DNA of 63,941 nt, the filler included, from Phoronis australis (taxonomy: Eukaryota > Animalia > Phoronida): the NCBI GenBank assembly GCA_002633005.1. It is 6 parts of 6 records of this genome, joined end to end, with 100 filler letters (N's around TTAATTAATTAA, not from the genome) between each part and the next. Parts side by side here need not be neighbours in the genome. Positions count along the whole stretch, not along the records: positions 1 to 19,600 come from NMRA01001038.1; positions 19,701 to 29,205 come from NMRA01001815.1; 4 more parts are not named here. One strand, 5' to 3'. The notes beneath the pieces are model-generated. The model was given only the letters and a program-made list of their open reading frames with translations. It ran no database searches and had not been told where the DNA came from. Shown one piece after another: positions 13,001 to 23,967 of the stretch. The position numbers and the translations under genes were made by a program. Position 1 is the stretch's first letter. Each line of letters opens with the position of its first letter.

Positions 13001-16000
13001 ACTGAACCATTCAATAATATTAAAGGTTTGTCGGAAACTTAGAAACAATTCATCCTGGAATATCAAAATTGAAACATTCCCTGAACCGAGATGTGCAGCA
13101 GTATGTCATTTTAGCTTCTATGGATTTCTTGGTTTTCTTTGTCTGTTTTCGTGTCCTAGCTTCTGGATTGTAAGTAGCAACAGAAACTTTTCCCCGCGTT
13201 TTTTGAATGTTTAATATGAAATTTTCAGTTCAATAAGTATACATACCCAGAAAGCGCCAAAGAAATCTACATACGATTACTATACACAAATGCACAAATT
13301 AAAAAACTGATGTTAAGATTACAATGACACAATATTACGAATGTAAATATATCATTTCCATACACAAGAAGTTATTTTACATGTATACAATGTTATCGAG
13401 TGACACTAAGAGTTTTAATATTAAAAAGAAATTTCGATACTATTTCGAATAAAACCTTAGTTTCACGTACGTCGAGTTCTTTGCATCACAACAGGTAATG
13501 CTTAACGAAAACAAACTGGCATGGCTGAAGGAAAAAGCGTAAATGTGGTCTGTTCTACACACAAATCGGAGCTTATTTCATGTTCAAGAAATGTGCATCC
13601 CAGAAAATTGTGGTTGTGTCTTTTCGGAGTGCACCTTTCTACTGTTGCTGAGTTTTGTTTACGTTGCTGTCCTATATCCACACAGTATGAATAACACACT
13701 GGTTAAATCGGCCAGATGCGGGTTTATTGTACATGTATTTTGCTTCAAGCACGCGGCAGCTAAACATTACTGCAGAAACGAAATAGTTGCTGTTACGCCA
13801 CTTGACGAGGTTAAACATCGTTCATAATCCGCCATTTTCTTTCTTTGTTGTAAAGCTAACCAATGACTGCCGAGGTTACATGAACCAGTGATAAAGCTCG
13901 TGCTACTGAATGATACCTGCGTGTTATCTACACTCGGACTTCAATTTGCTTGGTGATCTGGCCTTCAAGTAGCATATTCGACTTTCTTGGCATTCACTGA
14001 TTGGTGACCTGTTGGAGCAGTGCTTCACTAGCTGTAGTTTTTTTGTGATAACTCAACTGTGATCACTTTAACTGACATTTGTCTTTCCATGATTTATGTG
14101 ATTCAATCCATTTTAGTCATTTTAAGCATCGTCTAGAATGCCAAGTCTATCCCATGGTTGTAATCCTTAGCTACGTATATGGTACTTTATCACAGTCGTG
14201 TAATATGTTTGGCTTGGGCCATGAGATTGACGTTGTCTGCTAGAAAAACAATCTTTTCCAAACAAACCCAGCGCGGAATCGAACCACCAGACGTTCTTGC
14301 ATCGCAACCACGCGAGCTGCTGGCTTGATCGCTAAATCTCACTGTTTGGCAATGCATACTTAACGGGGATGTATGTGTAAACGGCTTTGATTTCAGCGAA
14401 TACCTGACAAACAATTGGCAGAATTGTCCATTTGTAATAAAATCTCNNNNNNNNNNNNNNNNNNNNNNNNNNNNNNNNNNNNNNNNNNNNNNNNNNNNNN
14501 NNNNNNNNNNNNNNNNNNNNNNNNNNNNNNNATCGTAAAAATAATCACAAACCTTACCTTTGTATGAGGTCGTGCTTACTTCCTCTCATAGAAGCACCCT
14601 TTTTACGCAATCTCAGATTCAGTAGGCACGGCTGCAAGCCATTTCACCATGTATTTAAAGGGCTCGCGAAATCGAGGCTGTTAATCTATCACCACTAGTA
14701 CACGCACGCCCTCTAGTTATTGTAGATTTTCCGAATAGCCCCATTATGACGCCTACATACTTGCGCCTGTTGATCCACGTTACAGTAGCAAAAATGGGTT
14801 TTGCAACAGCGAAATTTTTACGCGAACGTGAAAGTAAACGTGAACTACACAACTGAGATCCCGGTGTCCAGTTATCGTAGTACATATCCGCTATACAGAA
14901 ATTGATGCTAAATGTGAAAAAGTCGTTCCTAAGAACTCCTGTGAGTCTTTGAATGCGAAATTTATTTACAGTTTAGAATGAATAGATGCATCTAAATTAA
15001 TCATGTAAAAGTTTTAACAACACAAAATCATCTCTGTTAAAAATCCATTCTAGTTCGATGACTTCCAGCGAACCCCAGCAAAACAAGTATTTTGTAAAAA
15101 CTGTTTTCTTGCAAATAAACTTTAGGAACAATTATAGACATAAGAACCGTGTTCATTTTTTACTGAAGCAAAGAAGAAAGATTGGGAACCATGTCAAAAT
15201 AAAATCCCTTTCGATGTCTTACAAACAAAACTTAAAAAGTGGCCACAGGTTTCACCTTTAAAGCGACGCGAATCTCCCTGTATTCTCGTTAAGTACTCAA
15301 TCACTACCGGGATACGTCACAGCCAGCAACGTCTTGTAAGGCGCGGTATTACAAATGCGTGATAATTCACGTTCACCTCTTTTTGCTAAACCTCTCTATT
15401 GTCCCTTCGGTAACTGGTTTGTACTTGACAAAATTCTAGTACGTGCCAGGCCTGTTGAATAAACGATTTAAGTACTTTATGCAGGCTATTATTTAAAAGA
15501 TGATAAAAGTTGATGCCGTTACCGACCATAAAAAGTAAGTGAAACTGTTTAAAATTCGATTAGACAAACACGAACAATAAACTCAATGAAGGTTAACAAA
15601 TATTGGTCTTTCTCACAGGGTATGCATATGTTGGATTTTTAATATTAACTTCGTTTTGATTGTCGTATTTTAAACAAGTAAAGTAGTCAGTAACTACGAA
15701 GACTCAAATTTACTTACAATTTTGTTGCAGATTTGAAAGCGGAAACGTTAATTAATCCTGATTGGGAAGTACCTACGCTGCGTAAAGGAACAAGCCGCCG
15801 TGACGTCATTGAAGCTTCGTTTAGTTGGCCCCACAGTTCTATAGCCAAAAGCCACCTGAACTTTCTCGCAGGGTTGTCAAAGTCCAGACCCTGCTTTATG
15901 CTAAACAGTCAGTCTGAAACTGAAGTCAAAGTAGACAGCAGCGACATCAACATGACCAGTAGAGTAGTATCCTTAGCTGTCACTATAAACATTGAAAACA

Positions 16001-16132
16001 GTTACAACTGCAAAACCAAACCCAACAATTTGTTTTTATGTGTATCTGGCTTTTTTACCTCGAACTTTGTGGATCCCAACTATGGCAACAACTGTCAATG
16101 TTTTGATGATGTGGCAATACAGTGTGACCCAG
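10051..16132 (+). CDS. Partial gene: two paralogous phase-1/phase-1 exons encoding a repeated ~134-aa Cys-containing, probably extracellular beta-rich domain
   Basis: Exon 10051-10455 (ttgtag|AT ATT GAA...GCA G|gtatgt, 405 nt, open) and exon 15731-16132 (ttgcag|AT TTG AAA...CCA G|gtaagt, 402 nt, open). Both start D-[IL] and end C-x(5-8)-LC...NN-x(0-2)-C...C. An 85-N gap lies between them. Confidence 0.65.
10681..12056 (-). mobile_element. Non-autonomous ISL2EU-type DNA transposon (1376 bp) with decayed THAP exon
   Basis: Perfect 15-bp TIR AGACCTAATTCACGC (10681-10695 / 12042-12056) and AT TSD (10679-80 / 12057-58). The first ~110 bp match the reverse complement of 24132-24272. Minus strand ~11848-11985 reads GCITRCSNS*KKYGHLTVCFTIPKDVEI*RWVVAIHCDEGK (THAP with stops). 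Confidence 0.85.
14558..14650 (-). pseudogene. Degenerate SAP-domain exon, relic of an ISL2EU ORF2-like gene
   Basis: 14610-14558 reads LRKKGASMRGSKHDLIQ-AG|gtaagg, the same motif and phase-2 donor as LKRRGARQSGRKHELVE-AG|gtatgt at 23870. The upstream frame is broken. Confidence 0.5.
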
Positions 16133-16559
16133 GTAAGTTGCTTTCTCACACAGTCGTGACTGCTGGACTTATGACAATTTGATACATCCGTACATTGTGT
16201 CGTGGAATGTTTTTACTTGCGTTGGGTGAACACTGCTTTAAGAAAGTGATGGTCCCCCTCGAAAATGGTACAAGTAGACCTCAAAGCCCTGTGGTATTTA
16301 TATAGTAAACAGTAGACCTATTTATACCTGTGGAATGACCCCAGTGGGGGTTTGCCCTGAACTGAATTTGGGAGATGTGACGAGTAGTCGTAGACGCAAG
16401 GACGACCCTACATCACGAGGTGTAGCGTTGCTGCTTGTTTGCTAATAACAACAGTTTTCTGTGAACATACACTAAAGATCAAGGTATGGGTTTGCTTGAT
16501 GTGGCTAATCATCTGCTGTGCACTTAATGTTCACCTTGACGCCAGATTTGAATTACTTA

Positions 16560-17238
16560 TACCCGCCCCGTCACACCAGAAGTGCAGTGCCACTGCGGTG
16601 TTGTACGGCATAAACCGCAGTGGCATCGCCATGGTCAGTGCTGTAGTGGTAAAATTAGACGTAAGTAGGCGCCCAAAGCCCATCGTATCGCCTTGAGCGC
16701 TGAATTTTAAAGGTACATTGAACTCGCAAAACCTGACTCACAAACATGTTGGCCTACTTTTTGACGGTGACTAGACGCTACGTCAAAAAGCAAAAAGGTG
16801 GTTGGCTGCGCCCCACTACAGCACTGCGTGGTTCCGCAATGGCTCCGCCATTGATCGCTGTAGCACCGTGGAAAACTGACAAACCCGCGCACCTTCGCGG
16901 TGGCACGGTGGAAACTTCCGCAGTGCTACCGCTCAGTGGTTGGGCCAATCCGCAGTGGGATCGCCGCGACACTGTCATGACCGCTGTGGAACCGTACAGG
17001 GACCGCAGTAGCAGTCGGCCTCCTTCATCGCCGTGCTTTCACAGTAGCCTACAATCGACGTGCAATCGCCAAAAACGTAGACTGGCGACCTTACAGCGAT
17101 CCCGTGGCGCGAAGAAAACGCATGACTTTTGTGTGACGGGTAAGGGAAAACTATGAAACAATAAAGGCGGTGTCGCTACGGTAGTGGCAGTTTTCACAAA
17201 AACCGTAGCGGCAGCGCGCCTCAGGAGTGACGGGGGTA
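16560..17238. mobile_element. GC-rich MITE, PIF/Harbinger-like (TTA TSD)
   Basis: Left end TACCCGCCCCGTCACACC; right end revcomp TACCCCCGTCACTCC. Flanked by TTA (16557-59) and TTA (17239-41). The interior is a GC-rich island. Confidence 0.55.
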
Positions 17239-19600
17239 TTAGTTCAACACTTGCTTGCTGCGGTTGGCTTGAGTGATTCTTGGTCAAGTTTCAAAACGTA
17301 GGAGCTAGAAAGTACACTGTAGTGTAGATTGCTAACAAGGTCTGCTGTGACATATATTGTCGCTTTAGGCATATTTTGTCGCCCGGGTGACTATATATGT
17401 CGGTCACGACAGTATACGTCACAAAATTTATTGATTCCCGTGGTGAATTTTACCAATAAGTTGAATCACGTTCCTGGACAAAGCAGTTCAAAATCTGTAC
17501 GATTTTTTCAAAGACTAGCATTACACCTGAAAGGGGATTTTTGAAGTCACAGCCCCCTCTGGTGGGGTTGGAAATAATGATACGTAGTGTATGCGTTACA
17601 AAACAATTCTGGAATTCAGTAAAATCAGGCGTGCAAGAATAAGTCTCCAGCTCCATGAAATATATGAGCTAAAAGTGTCGTTTTTAGTGAGCTTTCGCCG
17701 GTTGTTCTTAAGTGTTTGATAGAATTCTTCAGCAAATGCGTATTGGCTTAGGTTGTATACAGTGTAGGTATAAATTTGGAGGTGTGACAGAACGCAGGAT
17801 GTTATCGTTAACTCTTTAATTGTATGATGACTAACAGAAAAGGAAGTATGTAAAACCTTCTTTTGCTTTCTATGCATGTGAATAGATTTGGAGAATTTAT
17901 TCATTCTAGTAATGTCGTTGGTACTTTTTTTAGTCATATTTTCACCACTGTAAAATTACTGTAATATACTGATTACGTGACCCTGTGTACCGATATACCA
18001 GTTAAACATTATTGTGTTTGCTTTGGACAACTTTTGTCGGGAATGTTATATTCCTATTAATAAGACTATCCCAGATTGCGCTGCGACATTTGAATCCCAG
18101 GTATTTACCGACAATGCTGGAGCATCGACCAATCTGTTATCTGTTTTCATGTTCTTGCCATTAGTTTCTCGTGTTATTGACCCGGCCTTCCAAAGTCAGA
18201 GAAGTTCTACACCGGCTGTGCTGTGAGCTGCACCTCACAACTATGCATCCGTTGTGCGTCAGCGACATTGTTTCAAATGATATCTTTGTACTCCGATAAG
18301 TTCACACTTCTCTCAATGCAAGTTAGCGGTTGCAAATCTTCCAATTGACAAAGTTTAACATTTTTGCACTTAGATCGTGGGATCATTGCCTGTGTGTGTA
18401 TATACGGTCCGCCATCTTTGAAAGGATGGCTGAGTTGCGATAGTGAGGTTTGCTGTATAAACTGCAATAGGGTTGTTAGAAGATAAAAGCGAGTGGTGTA
18501 CACGTTCACCTCTGCCAGTAATTATTAAATCAAACACGGGACAGAAGGCAAACAACGGATTTGTGCTATCTTTATGAATGGATAGAGGTAACTTTTCTCT
18601 TAATATATAGCTACAAAGGTAAGATTTTTAATATAGAATGAGCTCTGCGTAAACAAAACAAGGACGCCAGCAGACGGAAAGAGGCATTGGCCGGAGGAAA
18701 GTGGTTCAGTTGGAGCAGCTATAAAACAGGTGTTTATCAGCGTCCTTGGTTCAAATAATATTCAATAAATTTCATTTAGTACACTAAAACTGCAAATTTT
18801 AAGTGATCCTATTAGCAAAATTAATTTTGGACTTAGTGGAAAAATTAGCTGTGACTACATGCACACATGCTACTTTGCATAAATGCATGCCCTGGGCCAA
18901 TCAAGCAAATGGGGTTAAGTGTACATGCACGGGCGCTGGATGGGTGTTTTACATGAGATGTTACGAGTTAGTGATTGTATGCTTACTCTTTCTGAGTAAT
19001 AAGTGAGCCGGTGGCCAAATGTGCTATGGTCCACCCTGGGTGACACCACAAAGCAAATGATCGCGCCTAGTTTTATGGATGAAGATGACGCAAATAGATA
19101 AGAAGAGTTATGGCGATTCTTCTATCATGTTCCACAGAAAGATTCGGTGTGTTGCTGTAAAAACAAGATACTTAATGTTTGATAGCTAGTACACGTGGTT
19201 TGATAAAAGCAACGAAATTCGTGAAGAGAAAAATATCCCTTTAAATTTGGTAGTCGTACTCTTTGAATGGTTAACAACAAAAGTAGATTTAGAATTCTTA
19301 ATCTTATGAAATCGGTCTCCATTAGGATTTCAGTAGTATAGTAAGAGGTTTAGATGCCCCGTTTTGAGGGTCTCGGTCAAAGGTCATCCATGTAAAAGGT
19401 CAAAGGTCACGTGGAATAACTGCGATCGGAAGGGACACCTACCGGACGGATGTGTCAATGACGTCACGCCTCATGACGTAATAGGTTTAATTGGTTAGAG
19501 AGGCACCTCGAAACCCGTTTTGAGGCTCCTAGCAACGGATCGAGAATCGAAACAAAAGAGGGATGACAAGAATAAAACGTGAATTACCTTAGTTCGTGTG

Positions 19601-19700
19601 NNNNNNNNNNNNNNNNNNNNNNNNNNNNNNNNNNNNNNNNNNNNTTAATTAATTAANNNNNNNNNNNNNNNNNNNNNNNNNNNNNNNNNNNNNNNNNNNN
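19601..19700. other. Artificial scaffold spacer 44N-TTAATTAATTAA-44N (also 29206-29305, 53789-53888, 57137-57236, 59632-59731)
   Basis: The identical 100-bp structure occurs five times; the palindromic core gives stop codons in all six frames. Confidence 0.95.
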
Positions 19701-19782
19701 TGGGCCTTACTTAATATCAGTTTTGACACTGGTAATTTTTTCTCATCTAGTGTGGTGTTAAATGTTACATGAATTATTTTAG

Positions 19783-20984
19783 ACACCCAACCGCAGAGGG
19801 GTATACTCAAGAAAGACGCTGTGCCTAGCCAGTTTGAGTGGACCAAGGACGCTCCTGCTCACGCCTTGGCAAGAAATGATCGATACATTCAAAGAAGCCT
19901 CGACAAAGCTCAACATCTCTGTCAAGTAGCTGACATTGTGCCTGATGACTGTACGCCCATTGTTGGAGCAGAAGAGACCGTGTCTACCTGTGCTACTGAT
20001 GATGTTTGCCTTGAAGTGTCAACTCAGACTAACAGGGTGCACCCTCTTGAGTTTTCTACACAGTCTACCAACACAGAAACTTACCCCATGATGTCAATTC
20101 AACGATTAAAACACTGTGACGAACAAATCCATTATTATACTGGTTTGGAGTCGTACTCTAAGTTTATGTTGGTGCTAAACATATTGGGGGATGCAGCAAA
20201 TCATCTGGTATATATGTATGGGCCAATTCATATCATATCGGTGGAAGACCAATTTCTCTTGGTCCTCATGCGTTTGAGGCGCCATATGCCAAATTTTGAA
20301 CTGGGAACTCTGTTTGACCTGTCCGAAGCTGATGTGTACAATATATTTTGCACCTGGATCCGCTTTATGTCTCTACAGTTCAAGGAACTACTTGACTGGC
20401 CTGATCAGAATCTTGTTCGTTTTTATAGTCCTTCAGGTTTTAAACAGGAATACCCTTGCACTCGAGTTATCATTGATGGCACTGAAATTCCTGTCAAGAA
20501 GCCAAAGATGCCTGGCGCCCAACAAGCGACCTTTTCAACATATAAAAATAGGAACACTGTTAAAGTATTAGTTGGCGTGACACCTGGTGGGCTTGTGTCC
20601 TATGTTTCGGACAGTTATGCTGGGTCGACTAGTGACAGGCAGATCACAGAGAGAAGCAGCTTGCCTCAAATGTGTGACCCTGGAGATTCTGTTATGTCAG
20701 ACAAAGGGTTCGATGTGCAGGACATTTTTGGACCATACGATGTGCAAGTCAATATTCCAACATTCTTAAGAAAATGCAATCAGTTTAGCAATGCAACTAT
20801 CATGCGAGACAGAAAGATTGCCTCCAAGCGAGTGCATGTAGAACGAGTCATTGGTCTGGCAAAAACATTTCGTATTCTTACAGAGCCTCTTAACAGGTCG
20901 GAACTACTCTTGTCATCTGATATTATTTATGTCACTTTTATGCTGTGCAATTTCCGTCAAGGCATAGTACCATGTGATGCCTGA
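19783..20984 (+). CDS. THAP-HTH-DDE (DDE_Tnp_4, HARBI1/ISL2EU-like) transposase, last exon
   Basis: Acceptor ttttag at 19782, then ILKKDAVPSQFEW (THAP AVPTIF box). HTH region ISVEDQFLLVLMRLRR...LFDLSEADVYNIF. Catalytic triad IIDGTE / MSDKGF / RVHVERVIG; also TFSTYKNRNTVK and YAGSTSD. Open to TGA at 20984. Confidence 0.9.
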
Positions 20985-21459
20985 AGTAGCAACATTCTTT
21001 CCATAAAATGCAATGATGTGCCAGTAAACGTATGTATTTGGCATATAGGCATCTGTTAGTAAGATGACGCTATCCTTCCATTTTCGGATGTATTCGACGT
21101 AGTTTGCGCCACCTAGTGACCATTTTTACTGTTTTCGAGTCTCTGACTGTTACAAGTACGACATGACATGCTGGTGTTTGCTTACTTCGTAAATGAGTTT
21201 TTTCTAGACACAGCAAGTTATTGGCAAGTGAAACGTGATGAAGTTTCAACGTTAATAATGCTATCCCATGCAAATACTATGTACACATGGTGATGAATAG
21301 TAGTAATTATATTCATGTATTTCTTGGTAACTACATTGGTTTATAATCTCGACTGTTAAGGAATAAGATGTAACACTGCTATTCAAAGGCAGCCACCAAT
21401 ATAAATAATACCATTACACACTTAACAGTAGGCATAACTGCATACAGCTGAACAGTTTA

Positions 21460-23967
21460 CTAATCACGATAGAAGAATTTCTGAAGAATGACTGGTACAG
21501 AATTCTCGAAGAAAAACTTCTTCAGCTTCTGCGTCATAGATGAGATGAAGTTGTCATTCCTTAAGATGCGAATAATCTTGAAGTCCACTGACGTGTAAAC
21601 CACAAAGTCACAATAAGAGGCCCCTGAGCACAGCATCTGACCCTGGACTTGATAGTGGTAGTCGTGCTGCTCCTTCAGCTTTAGGGTATCTCCTTCATAG
21701 TATAGATAGGGGACTGAGCTTGAGTCGATCATTTTGTCTTTACTGGCATATGGACATTTAATTTCAATTATGCCATCAGTACCTTTAATCCCGCCATCTG
21801 GAGAAGCGCACAAATATGGCAGCTTGACACACACAATAAGTCCACTTTCTGTTACCTCTGAGCCAGTTATTTGAACATACTTTTTGCGTGCCACAGGTTC
21901 ATATGTTTTCCCATGTTTGAGGGGGGCAGCGGACAAAGACTTAGGTCTCACAAAGCTACAAGCCAATTCATGTAAGTTAGTTCTGTCTGTGGCCTTACAA
22001 ATCCTGCCAAAATTGGAAGATGTCAAGCGCATACTTCTTTCAGCAAACCACACTTTATTGTCTGCCTGGCCTCTAGTGTTAATTTCAATTTGCTTCTGTA
22101 CACAGTCACTGATAGGATTGTTGACAGACAACAAGTCTAAAAACCAGTCTTCCTGTGTTGTTGACATGTAGTCATGGTCATGAGCTAGGGCACGCACATT
22201 AGCTGCTTGGATTTTTTGCAAATAAGGCATTTTCGTGACACTGTTGTTGGCATGGAAGTTGAGAACTAGACTATTAACTCTGTCAATTGCACCAGGCTGA
22301 TCAATGTATTGTGGGAGTCGCGGGTCATAACCAGTGTTTTTGGCCAAAGTCCTTTCCGACGTGCTGCAAGTCACATTGAGGTCCTTGGCTTTAACTGGAG
22401 AACCAACAAATTTCTTTGTTTTGTGAAATGACTGCAGTTTTTGTGTGCATGTGGTTTGGGTCCTGATGTTGCTAGTTTCTGCAAATTGCAACAAGCCGTA
22501 TAGTAAACATTTGACATGCTTGCAGTGGGCGTTGGGACCCATTCCAGCAGCACACTCACACTGACATTCCATGATAGCACCATCACTAGTAAGTGAAATG
22601 TCAACATTATACACAGTCTTTTTCTTCATCTCGGCAGCACAACGAGCTTTTACGTAGCTTTTAGAAGGCAACGAAACATTTCGTACACATAGTAGGAAAT
22701 CTTCATTATATAGGTCGATGACTTTCTCCTCTAGAAATGTATTGTACGTGGATAAGTATGCCCTTGTATTTTCACGCGTAATAGGAGGCATAACTGTATC
22801 CGCATTGATGTCCCGGTACTCCACATCAAGAGGAAGATCCATCTTATATACATTTGAGGCATGGTTGGTAGGAGTTCTTCCAAAATCACAATTGCGATCG
22901 TAAGCTTCCAACCTGTAAGGGAAAGAATTAAATTTTTGAAAAATGCATGAAATAGTATGAATGTTTATCCCATAAGCGTTGAATCACTTGACGTAAAAGT
23001 TTCCGAAAATAGTTTAAAGGTAATACAACTGCAGCAGTATAAATAAAAAGTATTTAAAAACATGCCAAAATAATGAACGAAACTTAGGAATTTGAAGCGT
23101 ATGGATAAAGTCTTGGTCGATAGGCAGAATAATGTCGAGTGGGATATTACTTCATCTACATCACTCTAGGTACATTTTGTGTACATGTATGTATTGCACA
23201 TTGAACTAAAAACTTGTGGCTGTTGTATGCTTTACCGCGACATTGGATTCATAATACACCTCTGGGATTACATGGTGATGAACTCTAAAATTGATCAGTC
23301 CTTTAACACCAACTGCAGAGTCTATTCCATGGGCAGCGCACCACTGAAAAAAGTGGGGGCTATTATCTCCCCCCCCAACCCCATATGGTGCGCCGCCCAT
23401 GTATTGACATGGCATGACCAAGGTGTCCTCTGCTTCTGATCGTCCCCAATACACTGCATACAATACAATTGCTCATGGTTTGTTGAACCCCTGTTTTGTT
23501 TAAATTTATTGAGTTATGTGTTTGATATCGACGGCTGGATCGAAGCACCCGTGGAATTTCTAGTCCTGAGTGTCATACCTTGTAGTATTATATGTACAGT
23601 GTATTGGGGACGATCAGAAGCTGATGACGCCTGTGGGGGCATGACCAAAACATCAGTTGATTTAGACTGAATCCCAAGCTCGCATGATCAAAAACGGTAA
23701 CAATAGGCCTACTTAAGCACTACTATTGAAAATACCACATTTACATAAGAAACGTGAACAGTCAAGCAGTGGACATGACGTTAAACTGGGACAAAAAATT
23801 TAAGCTAACTATTCGACGGCAAAAACGAAGAATTTCTCTCAGAATACCGGAAACTCAGCCACAACATACCTCTCAACAAGTTCGTGTTTGCGACCAGACT
23901 GCCGAGCTCCTCGCCTTTTCAGTTCGCCTTTCAACTCCACCAGAGTCCACTCTCCATACTGAGACAT
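21460..23967 (-). CDS. SAP - SWIM zinc finger - YqaJ/lambda-type exonuclease (~516 aa, two exons), ORF2 of the ISL2EU element
   Basis: Exon 1 23967-23870 (MSQYGEWTLVELKGELKRRGARQSGRKHELVE-AG|gtatgt, SAP) splices in frame to exon 2 22912-21460 (ttacag|G TTG GAA). SWIM: CECAAGMGPNAHCKH. YqaJ motifs: TRGQ...W...R..RLTSS, HGKTYE, ASPDG, EIKCP, YHYQVQGQM. Confidence 0.9.
23432..23621. repeat. Perfect 25-bp inverted repeat in the ORF2 intron
   Basis: GCTTCTGATCGTCCCCAATACACTG (23432-23456) and its reverse complement (23597-23621). An outer direct repeat GGCATGACCAA sits at 23411 and 23638. Confidence 0.8.

Noticed and set aside
13500-13835. Possible Merlin/ISXO2-like transposase relic on the minus strand (ISFLQ*CL...LRKDTTTIFWDAHF)
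   Set aside because: Resemblance is vague, stops are frequent, and no catalytic motif or termini were found.
14265-14335. tRNA or tRNA-derived SINE (B-box GGTTCGATTCC on minus)
   Set aside because: No convincing A-box or cloverleaf, and no second copy seen.
16707-17287. Overlapping ORFs of 61-136 aa
   Set aside because: By-products of the GC-rich MITE; no protein motifs.
18273-18509. Minus-strand ORF as a downstream Edc3 exon
   Set aside because: No YjeF_N-like motifs recognisable.
19645-19656. TTAATTAATTAA palindrome as a biological motif
   Set aside because: It is always centred in 44N flanks, so it is an artificial scaffolding linker.
19821-20984. Domesticated HARBI1 gene
   Set aside because: The THAP tail, the YqaJ partner and a TIR shared with a non-autonomous copy indicate a mobile element.
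21460-22911. YqaJ gene as prophage or bacterial contamination
   Set aside because: It has a spliceosomal intron and a SAP exon and lies within a TIR-bounded eukaryotic transposon; no phage genes are nearby.
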